A stretch of DNA of 64,000 nucleotides. Origin: an uncultured Rikenellaceae bacterium. GTDB lineage: Bacteria; Bacteroidota; Bacteroidia; Bacteroidales; VadinHA17. Position numbers and translations under genes: made by a program. A model generated the notes under the pieces. It had not been told where the DNA came from. It made no database searches and worked only from the letters and a program-made list of their open reading frames with translations. The DNA is taken from the NCBI GenBank assembly GCA_964633195.1, contig CAZWFL010000003.1, positions 1,650-65,649 on the forward strand. Direction: 5' to 3'. Of this stretch, positions 30,359-38,736 are shown one piece after another; the first letter of the stretch is position 1; each line of letters starts with the position of its first letter.

Positions 30359-31171
30359 TCAGCCTCCTATATTATAAAATGAACCATTATTATTCTGGTG
30401 TCCGGCTTCCGGTTTATTTTCAACCGCAAGCTCAAGGGCTCTCAGGAAGCCCAGTTGTTTTATATCGAACTCAAGGGGGCTGAAGAGGCATGGCTTGAGC
30501 ATTCCCTGTGCTGTCAGCCTCAGTCTGTTACAAATCCTGCAGTTGCCCCCTGTTCCTCCTTCCACCACTGAGAAGAATCCCCTGCAGAGGTCCATCTGAC
30601 GAATATACCTTATTTCCAATCCGTTCAGTTTACAATAATCTGCCACTCCTCGTGCATCATCCTCCTCTTTTGACTCCTTTACAACGCAGTTGATCTTAAC
30701 AGGAAGCAATCCCGCCCTTTTTGCTGTTTCAATGCCCGCAAAAACGTCATCAATATTACCAATCCGGGTGATATACCTGTATTTGTCAGGGTCGGTTGTG
30801 TCGAGACTGACATTAACCCGCTGGAGTCCTGCAGTTTTGAGATCACGGGCAAAATGTTCCAGAAGCACTCCGTTTGTGGTCATCGAAAGGTCTTTTATTC
30901 CACTGATTTCAGATATCATATTTACGAGTGTAACAATGTTTTTTCTGACCAGCGGTTCACCTCCTGTTATGCGTATCTTTGATATTCCGTTATCCACGGC
31001 AACCCGTGTGAAATCCGTTATCTCATTGAATGAAAGGATATCTTCTTGACGGAGAAGCTTTATACCCTCCTCAGGCATGCAATACCTGCATCTCAGGTTA
31101 CAGCGGTCGGTAACTGAAATACGCAGATAGTCTATCTTCCTGTTAAATCCGTCGAACATGCACAATCGCAC
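30359..31171 (-). CDS. moaA: GTP 3',8-cyclase MoaA (short form, radical SAM)
   Basis: YLRISVTDRCNLRCRYCMP, second cluster CRICNRLRLTAQGMLKPCLF, and the C-terminal GG tail (...FYNIGG). The start may be Met5. The gene overlaps the moeA 3' end. Confidence 0.88.
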   Translation of the reverse strand: MRLCMFDGFNRKIDYLRISVTDRCNLRCRYCMPEEGIKLLRQEDILSFNEITDFTRVAVDNGISKIRITGGEPLVRKNIVTLVNMISEISGIKDLSMTTNGVLLEHFARDLKTAGLQRVNVSLDTTDPDKYRYITRIGNIDDVFAGIETAKRAGLLPVKINCVVKESKEEDDARGVADYCKLNGLEIRYIRQMDLCRGFFSVVEGGTGGNCRICNRLRLTAQGMLKPCLFSPLEFDIKQLGFLRALELAVENKPEAGHQNNNGSFYNIGG

Positions 31172-32333
31172 CTTTCTCCAGCCTGTAAACTCCTTCAGGT
31201 ATCCTCATGATTCCATCGGCGCCTGTCAGTGAGGAAATATGTGCCGATCCATGGTATTCAAGCGGAAGGATATAACCTTCGGGTTCAATAATGACGGGGT
31301 GCCAACCCATACGGTCAGCCGATCTCCGCGAGTAATCGCCCCCCATTCTCATAGTCATCTCCGCAGGTCTGCGGTTACTTCCGGTCATAACGTCGATAAG
31401 GGGACGAACCAGTACCTCAAACTGTATGAAAGAGGAAACAGGATTACCTGGCAGGCCGAAGATAAGTGCTTCAGGATGCAGGCCAAAAGTAGTTGGCTTG
31501 CCGGGCTGAACCGCAATACTGGAAAAAAGTATTGTTACCCCGGCTTTTTCCATCACCGAAGGGACAAAATCGTAATCACCCACGGATACGCCTCCGGTAA
31601 TGATCACAATATCATTCTCGGAAATTGCCCTGCTTAATAATTCGAAGGTTTCATTTTCATTATCTCTCGCTATTCCGTAAAATCTTGGAGATGCTCCGGC
31701 TCTTAGCGCCTGTGCGACGAGCTGATAGGAGTTGCTGTCTCTTATCTGGCCCGGAGCAGGTTTCTCAGATGGTTCAACCAGTTCATCACCCGAACTAATA
31801 ACCGCCAGTAAAGGCTTTTCTCTGACCTTCACCCTTGTACACCCAGCAGAAGCCATTACGGCAATATCCTGAGGCTCAATATTCCTTCCTGCGGGCAGAA
31901 CGGTGCTACCCGCTTTTATATCCTCGCCCTTCAGCGAGATATTATTCTTCAGCGAGAATCCCCTGAACCTGACCTTACCGGAAGAAAGAACCTCGGCATC
32001 CTCAACCATAAAAACCATGTCACACTCTTCCGGCACAACTCCTCCGGTCATTATCTTAAAACACTGGTTCCTTCCGGGGGGTGGCAATGGTTCCATACCG
32101 GCCGCGATTACTCCTGCCACCTCCAGATCAGAGGTCAGTTCATCTTTTCTGCAGGCATATCCGTCGACAGCCGACCTGTTAAAAGGAGGTATATCAATAT
32201 CGCTGACAATATCTTCCGATAAAACCCTGCCGCAGGCCGATGTAAAATCAATCTCCCCGGTGCCGGTAATGAAGGCTGAATCAGTCACTATTCGCAGTGC
32301 CTCTTCAAATTTTAACATCTCCCCCATGTTCAT
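31143..32333 (-). CDS. moeA: Molybdopterin molybdotransferase/tungstotransferase MoeA
   Basis: 396 aa. PPFNRSAVDGYA, IITGGVSVGDYDF, AVQPGKPTTFG. Confidence 0.9.
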   Translation of the reverse strand: MNMGEMLKFEEALRIVTDSAFITGTGEIDFTSACGRVLSEDIVSDIDIPPFNRSAVDGYACRKDELTSDLEVAGVIAAGMEPLPPPGRNQCFKIMTGGVVPEECDMVFMVEDAEVLSSGKVRFRGFSLKNNISLKGEDIKAGSTVLPAGRNIEPQDIAVMASAGCTRVKVREKPLLAVISSGDELVEPSEKPAPGQIRDSNSYQLVAQALRAGASPRFYGIARDNENETFELLSRAISENDIVIITGGVSVGDYDFVPSVMEKAGVTILFSSIAVQPGKPTTFGLHPEALIFGLPGNPVSSFIQFEVLVRPLIDVMTGSNRRPAEMTMRMGGDYSRRSADRMGWHPVIIEPEGYILPLEYHGSAHISSLTGADGIMRIPEGVYRLEKGAIVHVRRI

Positions 32334-32344
32334 TATCCTTTCAG

Positions 32345-32360
32345 TTAACCTGCAGGTTAA
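32345..32360. promoter_or_regulatory. Perfect 16-bp palindrome between wtpC and moeA
   Basis: TTAACCTGCAGGTTAA, 12 nt upstream of the moeA start codon and 52 nt downstream of the wtpC stop. Confidence 0.3.
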
Positions 32361-32411
32361 TCTGCTCGTTTACAAAAATACGCTAAACTGAACAAATACC
32401 CTTCGTTATGA

Positions 32412-33473
32412 TTAATTATCATTATCCGTAAGCATAACGGCAGCCCGGGCCGGAAATGTGATCCATACATCTGCCATTTCCCTTAATCCAAGATAGTCAA
32501 ATTCTTCCTGCCGTATATCCACACAGAATTTTTCCCCTGCGTCAACCATAACTTCCATTCCGTACACGGAGGGTATTATATCAGTTACCGTTCCCATAAA
32601 ACAGTTGTCGTGATTACCTTCGGGTTTTACCCGCGACAACCTGACATCTTCATTACGTATTATTATTATTCCTTCTCCGGGCCGGGTATTCTCTGACAGG
32701 CTGAAAACAAGCTTATTATCGCAGACGGCCTTCCATTTGCCCTCCTGGTTCAGAACCGTTACCCTGAAGAAGTTCCTGATACCTGCGTATCTTGCCACGA
32801 ATCTGTTTACAGGTCTTCTGAACACATCGGCGGGAGTACCCTCCTGTATAATTTTACCATTATGAATTACCCCTGCCTTTGATGCAAGGTGAATGGCTTC
32901 CCGGTAATCGTGTGTCACGTGGATCATTGTATGACCTTTCCTGTTGAGGTGCCTGAGCACTAACCTGATATCATCCCTGAGGCTTGCGTCGACTGATGCC
33001 ATTGGCTCATCGAGGAGAAGCAGTCTGGGTTCGGTCACCAGGGTTCTCGCCAGTGCCACCCGTTGCATCTCTCCACCTGACAGGTTTACTGTATCCCTCT
33101 CAAGGAGATGCCCGATATTCATTTCTGAGGCGGCTATTTTTACTCTTGACCGTATCATATCCCTGCTCATCCTCCTTGCCACAAGCGGATAGGCAATATT
33201 GCCATACACAGTCATATTGGGGAATATGGCATAATCCTGAAATACAAGCCCTATGTTCCTGTCCTGTATCCTCTTGACAGTGATATCCTCTTTATCAAGC
33301 CAGACCTTTCCCGAGTCGGGAATGGAAAGGCCCGCAATGAGTTCAAGCAGAAGGGTTTTTCCTGCACCCGAACGGCCAAGCAGAATATAGTACTCACCCT
33401 CTCCGATCTGCATGTTTATTTCAGATAGCCTGAAACTGCCAAACCTCTTGTTTATGTTTTCAAGCTTCAGCAT
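32412..33473 (-). CDS. wtpC: Tungstate/molybdate ABC transporter ATP-binding protein with a C-terminal TOBE-like domain
   Basis: Walker A GRSGAGKT, signature LSGGEMQRVALAR, Walker B LLLLDEP. Operon context with a WtpA-like binding protein. Confidence 0.8.
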   Translation of the reverse strand: MLKLENINKRFGSFRLSEINMQIGEGEYYILLGRSGAGKTLLLELIAGLSIPDSGKVWLDKEDITVKRIQDRNIGLVFQDYAIFPNMTVYGNIAYPLVARRMSRDMIRSRVKIAASEMNIGHLLERDTVNLSGGEMQRVALARTLVTEPRLLLLDEPMASVDASLRDDIRLVLRHLNRKGHTMIHVTHDYREAIHLASKAGVIHNGKIIQEGTPADVFRRPVNRFVARYAGIRNFFRVTVLNQEGKWKAVCDNKLVFSLSENTRPGEGIIIIRNEDVRLSRVKPEGNHDNCFMGTVTDIIPSVYGMEVMVDAGEKFCVDIRQEEFDYLGLREMADVWITFPARAAVMLTDNDN

Positions 33474-34266
33474 CCCCGGTTCTTTGAGTCATTTTTTTCC
33501 GGCCTGGCAGTACCCTCAGTAATACCAGTACGAGCAGGGCAACAAGTATAAAGAGCACAGAAGCGGGCCGCGAATATTGGAGGCCGTAAGAACTGAACCG
33601 CTCGAATATCAGCACAGGGGCAATCATAGGGTGATAAGCCACTATTACAACAGCACCGAATTCGCTCATTCCACGGGCGAACATCATAATAAAGCCTGTC
33701 ATTATGCTTTGCTTTGCAAGAGGGACCGATATTGTAAAAAAGACTCTTGCCCGGCCTGCTCCGAGATTGAGAGCAGCCTTTTCGAGTCTCTCCGGGACTG
33801 CAGTAAAACCATCGCGGGCAGAGTTGATAAAGAAGGGCAGACTGACAAAAGCCATGGCAATTGCAATGCCAGAAGGATTATTAACCAGGTTTAAACCTAT
33901 GGTGTCGGCAGCCCTTCCCAGTGCCCCCTCCCTTGAGATGAAGCCCAGCACTGCTATACCCGCTGCAGTATGAGGAAGAACAATTGGAAGGTCTATTATT
34001 CCCTGTACAATTTTTTTCATGGGGAAGTTCTTTCTTGCCATCAGCCATGCAAGCGGCACAGCTCCTATTGCTGAGAACAATGATGCTGCGAATGATACCC
34101 ACAGAGTAAGCCAGATACTTTGCTGAACTTCCCTGTCGGCAGCTGTTTCAAAGAATTCAGGGGCCGATGTGTGCAGGAAGAGTCCTGCCAGTGGCGCCAG
34201 TATAAACAAAAGGACCAGCGAAGAGAGCAGGAGGAGTATCCAGTTAAAAGGGCTGTATCTTATCAT
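33460..34266 (-). CDS. wtpB: Tungstate/molybdate ABC transporter permease
   Basis: Six-TM MetI-like permease with an EAA-loop-like EKAALNLGAGRARVFFTISVP. It overlaps wtpC by 14 nt. Confidence 0.8.
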   Translation of the reverse strand: MIRYSPFNWILLLLSSLVLLFILAPLAGLFLHTSAPEFFETAADREVQQSIWLTLWVSFAASLFSAIGAVPLAWLMARKNFPMKKIVQGIIDLPIVLPHTAAGIAVLGFISREGALGRAADTIGLNLVNNPSGIAIAMAFVSLPFFINSARDGFTAVPERLEKAALNLGAGRARVFFTISVPLAKQSIMTGFIMMFARGMSEFGAVVIVAYHPMIAPVLIFERFSSYGLQYSRPASVLFILVALLVLVLLRVLPGRKKMTQRTGDAEA

Positions 34267-34271
34267 TTCTA

Positions 34272-35231
34272 TTACAGGGGTATTTCCGCCGACAGGTACT
34301 TTCTGAGCTGTTCAGGAACCAGTCCGGGAGCCTCCGTAAAAGGCGGTATAAGGGGTTCCTGACCACTCTCCCTTAAGATACGTGAGCCGGAGGGACCCAG
34401 AATAAAATCAATAAAGGCGATTGCCTCCTCCCTTGCCGGTGCATCGTTAAGCAGAGTCAGACTGTAATTGATATAACTGCCCCTCACTATTATCTTATCG
34501 CCCGGGCTGCGCCCGGCTATTTCGATGGAAACAGTTGCATAAAGATCGTCTTTCAGGGGATCAGAGAGGTCTGTTTCTGATGGAAGTTCAATAAATCTGA
34601 ATCCATGCTGAATTGCAACTGACTTATACTGAAACATATAGTCAATGACATTGGATTCAGCAAGAGCGATCAGGTCAACCTCCTTTGGACGAATGTAATT
34701 CCTGTTCCTGGCAGCAAGCCTGCCGGCAAGCCCCGGTATACCGTAATATTGTTCAGCCAGCATCATTGTCAGGACCGACCTGTATCCACACGGATCAGAG
34801 TCAGGATCAGACCTGCCGTAAATCACATCATCACTCAGCAATATTTCAGGCCAGTTTTCAGCGTTTATCTCCCCTGAGTACTTTGATTTGTTGTTAAAGG
34901 CAATCACTATCGCATTTGTGGCAAACCTGATACCCCATCCAGTATATTGGGGAATCAGCAGTTCATCAATCACATAATGATCAGCTGAAGCCATAATGTC
35001 ACAGGGTTTATTAAGTTCCGTTATCTTCCGGGCACAAACAAGGCTGCCCGCAGATTCCTGTAAAATTTTAATGCCTGGATTGTTCCTTTCAAATTCCTTC
35101 GCCATTTCCCTGAAAGGTACAGAAAGACTGCCGGCGTGAAAGACAATTATCTCTTTTTCCCCCGCTCGCGGATTATTACAGGCCGGTAAAAGAAGCGATA
35201 ATGTAAAAAACAGGGTAAACAGCTTTCTCAT
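34272..35231 (-). CDS. wtpA: WtpA-type periplasmic tungstate/molybdate-binding lipoprotein
   Basis: Lipobox LLLPACNN. VFHAGSLSVPF, DPDSDPCGYRSV, QYKSVAIQHGFRFIELP and RESGQEPLIPP match my recollection of archaeal WtpA. It lies directly downstream of AOR. Confidence 0.7.
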   Translation of the reverse strand: MRKLFTLFFTLSLLLPACNNPRAGEKEIIVFHAGSLSVPFREMAKEFERNNPGIKILQESAGSLVCARKITELNKPCDIMASADHYVIDELLIPQYTGWGIRFATNAIVIAFNNKSKYSGEINAENWPEILLSDDVIYGRSDPDSDPCGYRSVLTMMLAEQYYGIPGLAGRLAARNRNYIRPKEVDLIALAESNVIDYMFQYKSVAIQHGFRFIELPSETDLSDPLKDDLYATVSIEIAGRSPGDKIIVRGSYINYSLTLLNDAPAREEAIAFIDFILGPSGSRILRESGQEPLIPPFTEAPGLVPEQLRKYLSAEIPL

Positions 35232-35250
35232 ATAGTCCCATTATCATTTT

Positions 35251-37404
35251 CTACTGATAATTCTTAACCACATCTATCACCTCGGGAAGATCCATACCAA
35301 TCTTTTTAAGGAATTCTATTTTTGGAACACCATTGCTATTCCACCCCCTGCGCATGTAAACAGCATCAACCAGTTGATTATACTGGTCTTCTCTGTATTT
35401 TCTCAGTATACTCATTTTTTCCCCGGTATTTTTCCCTTCAGGGTCAATTCCCAGTATCTCTTTCAGCTGTTTATCATATCTTTCCTCACGCGATTCGTAT
35501 TCCTCTATTGTAACCGGTCCGGCAGCCCTGTATGGCTGCATGTCGTAAAGACGTGTGCCAAAGCCCCTTCTGAGATTAAAGACACGCTGGAAATTATAGA
35601 CCCTTTCAGAATCTTCGACAAGCCGGCGCTTGTTAAAATCCCTGCCGGTCACCGCTTTGTAGATAGTAACGTAATTATCGACATGTTCGGGCACTTTTGC
35701 CGGTTCGTCAGTCTCAGCATTATTTTCCGGTTCCACATCATTCCATGGCAGTTTACACAGGCCCACCAGGCCGAACCAGGTTCTGAACATCGGGAAATAA
35801 TGGAGGGCTTCTGCTTTATTTTCAAATGTTGGTATCTGATTATTAACCATATCCATAAAGATAAGCCATGCCTCATCGTGCTGTGGACCCTTATTTGTAA
35901 GGGCATAACCTCCCTGCTGCGCGAGCGATTCCTTTGACATATACTGTGAATATTCAAGTCTTTTGTTCACCATGGCTATATCATTCAGAAACCCGGCATC
36001 TCCCCATCCGTTCTTAATAAAAAGTTCCTTCATGGCGTAGACGCCCAGTCCGGCTGTTTTTCCGAATCCTTCTCCCCTGGCAGTCTGGTGCAGAAGTTCA
36101 AGAGCGGCATCTGAATTTCCGAATTTAAGGTCAAGACCACCTGTTTTTTCCATATTGAGGATGCCATTCTGGTAACACTCCATAATGAAGGCTGTGGTTG
36201 TACCCCAGGTAATGGTACAGATGCCGTATGTATCGCAATAGAAGTTTACTTCAATAATATACCCCGGATCAAAAATAGCGCAGTTGGCACCAAGTCCGGC
36301 GGCATTTTCATATTCCGGACCATCAACGATCACTTTATGCCCTTGATAGGGGCCGGTCCGGATAATAAAATCATCAACCCCCTTGCTGCACGACATGTTA
36401 CATCCAATCCAGCAACCATCCGGAATATTCTGGGTGAAAAAGCTTTTCCATACCGAGGAATCAATCTTATAAGCATCTGGATGGTTACCGTATTTAAAGT
36501 TCATAACGGGCAGCAGGTCGTGGTCGTTCATTATTTCCATCAGGTGAGCTGTCCCGACCTGGCGCATCTGACACTGCTTGTCATCAAGTTCGCGGATCTC
36601 CCTGTTAAATCTCTTCCCACGCTCCCTGATCGCTTCCAGGTCCACAACATTGTTAAGGTTCCCTTTCACTCCCGGTATTTTACAGACCAGCGCTCTTATC
36701 TTCTTGTTACGGAACACCGTGCCTATACCTCCTCTTCCTGCCTGCTTCAGTCTTACCTTTTTTCTTTTCGGATCGTAGAAACTGAAATTGAGCATCCCGA
36801 AGAGAGTATGTTCAGCAGCTGAGCCAGATGAGACAACTCCGATGTTTTTCTTCTCACTCTCGTCATCGGCAAAAATGTCTGTCAGGTATTCAGCAAGCAG
36901 ATGGCTGTCGCGCACTCCGTCGGGCATTTCATACACCTCCACTTTATGATTGATCCCGTCAATGAACACCATCACATCCCTGTCGGACTTCCCCTGGATC
37001 TCAAGGGCATCAAAACCCGCGAACTTAAGGAAGGGTCCGAAAAACCCGCCTACATTACTGTCCATAACGGAATCCGTCTCAGGTGAAATACTTACAACGA
37101 GAGACTTCCCGGTTCCCGAATATTGTGTGATCCCGCCGATCGGGCCTGACGATATGATTATTTCATTTTCAGGATCATCCCACTTTGTTTCAGGCTTTGT
37201 CGCATCCCATAGAAGTCTCAGCCCATACCCTTTTCCGCCGATGAACTTCTCTTTCATCAGAGCCGGTACATCCTTTTCCTTTATATCCGCAGTGCCTACA
37301 TTAATATAAAGAATCTTATCGGTGTAACCTCTGCTCAGGGGGGTCCATACATATTCCCACCGCTTTATCAGTTCATACTGATCCCTTTTAAGAGTAGTAT
37401 CCAT
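35251..37404 (-). CDS. Aldehyde:ferredoxin oxidoreductase family tungsto/molybdopterin enzyme, long (717-aa) form
   Basis: AOR N-domain (GGKGYGLRLLWD), DGPEYENAAGLGANC, cysteine cluster GCWIGCNMSC, and a helical C-terminal domain. Confidence 0.85.
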   Translation of the reverse strand: MDTTLKRDQYELIKRWEYVWTPLSRGYTDKILYINVGTADIKEKDVPALMKEKFIGGKGYGLRLLWDATKPETKWDDPENEIIISSGPIGGITQYSGTGKSLVVSISPETDSVMDSNVGGFFGPFLKFAGFDALEIQGKSDRDVMVFIDGINHKVEVYEMPDGVRDSHLLAEYLTDIFADDESEKKNIGVVSSGSAAEHTLFGMLNFSFYDPKRKKVRLKQAGRGGIGTVFRNKKIRALVCKIPGVKGNLNNVVDLEAIRERGKRFNREIRELDDKQCQMRQVGTAHLMEIMNDHDLLPVMNFKYGNHPDAYKIDSSVWKSFFTQNIPDGCWIGCNMSCSKGVDDFIIRTGPYQGHKVIVDGPEYENAAGLGANCAIFDPGYIIEVNFYCDTYGICTITWGTTTAFIMECYQNGILNMEKTGGLDLKFGNSDAALELLHQTARGEGFGKTAGLGVYAMKELFIKNGWGDAGFLNDIAMVNKRLEYSQYMSKESLAQQGGYALTNKGPQHDEAWLIFMDMVNNQIPTFENKAEALHYFPMFRTWFGLVGLCKLPWNDVEPENNAETDEPAKVPEHVDNYVTIYKAVTGRDFNKRRLVEDSERVYNFQRVFNLRRGFGTRLYDMQPYRAAGPVTIEEYESREERYDKQLKEILGIDPEGKNTGEKMSILRKYREDQYNQLVDAVYMRRGWNSNGVPKIEFLKKIGMDLPEVIDVVKNYQ

Positions 37405-37444
37405 ATATTTTGAATTTTAGTTATCCCTGGCCTAACACGATTAT

Positions 37445-37452
37445 CAAAGTTA
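37445..37452 (-). promoter_or_regulatory. Bacteroidota -7 promoter box for the AOR-wtp-moe/moa unit
   Basis: Exact TAACTTTG on the minus strand, 41 nt upstream of the AOR ATG. Confidence 0.4.
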
Positions 37453-37558
37453 GGGTTTATTAATCATCTGCAGTATGACAATAATCAATAATCGTTAAGG
37501 GATCGTCCCGGGTTTTCAAAAAACAATAATTGTAAATATCTTTACAGCAGTAAATCAG

Positions 37559-38149
37559 ATGATGATCAGATTCGCAGATATTCAGGATCACCTTAGCCAG
37601 TTCAGGGTTGGAATTGCCGGTGCAGGCGGACTTGGTTCCAATTGTGCAGCCACATTGGCAAGAAGCGGGGTTGGCACACTTGTCATATCTGATTTTGATG
37701 TGATCGAGAAGGAGAATCTTAACCGTCAGTACTATTTTACCGGTCAGATTGGCATGAAAAAGAGTGTTGCCCTGAAAGAGAACCTGGCAAGAATAAATCC
37801 TGATGTTTTTGTAATAATATATCAGAAGAAGCTTAACAGGGAGAATATCCCGGTTATCTTCTCGGGATGTGACGTTATTGTAGAGGCCTTCGACAAAGCA
37901 GAGATGAAAGAGATGCTTATCGAAACAGTGCATGAGATGATGCCCGGCACCCCGGTCGTTGCAGCTTCAGGCCTCGCAGGCTGGGGAAAAAGCAACGATA
38001 TAAGGCACAGGAAGATTGACGATATGTTGCATGTATGCGGGGATGAAGCTACCGAAACTTCCGACGACCTGCCACCCATGGCACCCCGGGTGGGTATTAC
38101 CGCTGCCATGCAGGCAAACGTTGTAGTTGAGATCCTGATGAAAAAATAA
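37559..38149 (+). CDS. ThiF/MoeB-family sulfur-carrier adenylyltransferase (short form)
   Basis: GIAGAGGLGSNCAATLARSGVGTLVISDFDVIEKENLNRQ. 196 aa. Confidence 0.85.
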   Translation: MMIRFADIQDHLSQFRVGIAGAGGLGSNCAATLARSGVGTLVISDFDVIEKENLNRQYYFTGQIGMKKSVALKENLARINPDVFVIIYQKKLNRENIPVIFSGCDVIVEAFDKAEMKEMLIETVHEMMPGTPVVAASGLAGWGKSNDIRHRKIDDMLHVCGDEATETSDDLPPMAPRVGITAAMQANVVVEILMKK

Positions 38150-38167
38150 TAATTATCAACCCTTCAG

Positions 38168-38371
38168 ATGGATATAACCCTTAATAACAGACCGGAGACG
38201 TTCGAACGTGAATCAATCACTGTAAGTGAGCTGCTTGAATTGAAAAGGTTTACCTTCAGGCTGAGAGTTGTAAAAGTGAACGGTATCCTGATCCCGAAGG
38301 AAAAACAGGACTCAACCCTGATACACAATGGAGATAATGTTCAGATACTTTATCTGATGAGCGGAGGATAA
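38168..38371 (+). CDS. ThiS/MoaD-family ubiquitin-like sulfur carrier
   Basis: 67 aa, beta-grasp-like pattern, ends ...ILYLMSGG (C-terminal Gly-Gly). Confidence 0.8.
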   Translation: MDITLNNRPETFERESITVSELLELKRFTFRLRVVKVNGILIPKEKQDSTLIHNGDNVQILYLMSGG

Positions 38372-38382
38372 AAAAAAAGTTG

Positions 38383-38390
38383 TAGGTTTG
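38383..38390 (+). promoter_or_regulatory. Bacteroidota -7 promoter box very close to the ftsB-like start
   Basis: Exact TAGGTTTG, ending 8 nt before ATG 38398. Confidence 0.3.
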
Positions 38391-38397
38391 TATTATC

Positions 38398-38736
38398 ATG
38401 ACGCACTTCAGACTCATAGAGCGGATTCCCCCTGTCTTAAGAAATAAATATCTTCTGGCCTCTCTCCTGTTTGTACTCTGGATCCTTTTCTTCGATTCAA
38501 ACAATCTCATTGCAAGGTACAGGGAGCTTCGGAACCTTAATAAGCTGCGGGCCGACATGGAGTATTACCGGAACAGGATAGAAGAAGATAACAGGAAGCT
38601 GCATGAGCTGAGAATGGATAGCCGCAACCTCGAGAAGTATGCCAGGGAACAGTACCGCATGAAGAAAGCAGACGAGGATCTGTACATCATTGTCACCCCC
38701 TCTGAAGACAGAAAATTAAGCAGGAAAAGCTACTGA
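38398..38736 (+). CDS. Septum formation initiator (FtsB/DivIC family)
   Basis: N-terminal TM segment (LLASLLFVLWILFF), then a coiled coil (YRELRNLNKLRADMEYYRNRIEEDNRKLHEL) and ...EKYAREQYRMKK. Confidence 0.75.
   Translation: MTHFRLIERIPPVLRNKYLLASLLFVLWILFFDSNNLIARYRELRNLNKLRADMEYYRNRIEEDNRKLHELRMDSRNLEKYAREQYRMKKADEDLYIIVTPSEDRKLSRKSY

Noticed and set aside
37405-37558. Moco/Wco riboswitch expected upstream of AOR, and also in the wtpC-moeA gap 32334-32411
   Set aside because: Reading the minus-strand leader, I could not find the conserved Moco-motif stems or loops. The likely leader is only ~35-40 nt after a TAACTTTG box. A covariance-model scan (RF01055) would settle it.
37460-37933. 157-aa minus-strand ORF, and similar long antisense ORFs (19238-19690, 29530-29934, 31903-32391, 35374-35937, 36337-36822, 40068-40526, 46433-46870, 58226-58753, 59168-59644)
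   Set aside because: All lie antisense within strongly supported genes, have low-complexity or odd composition, and have no recognisable motifs. They are shadow ORFs.
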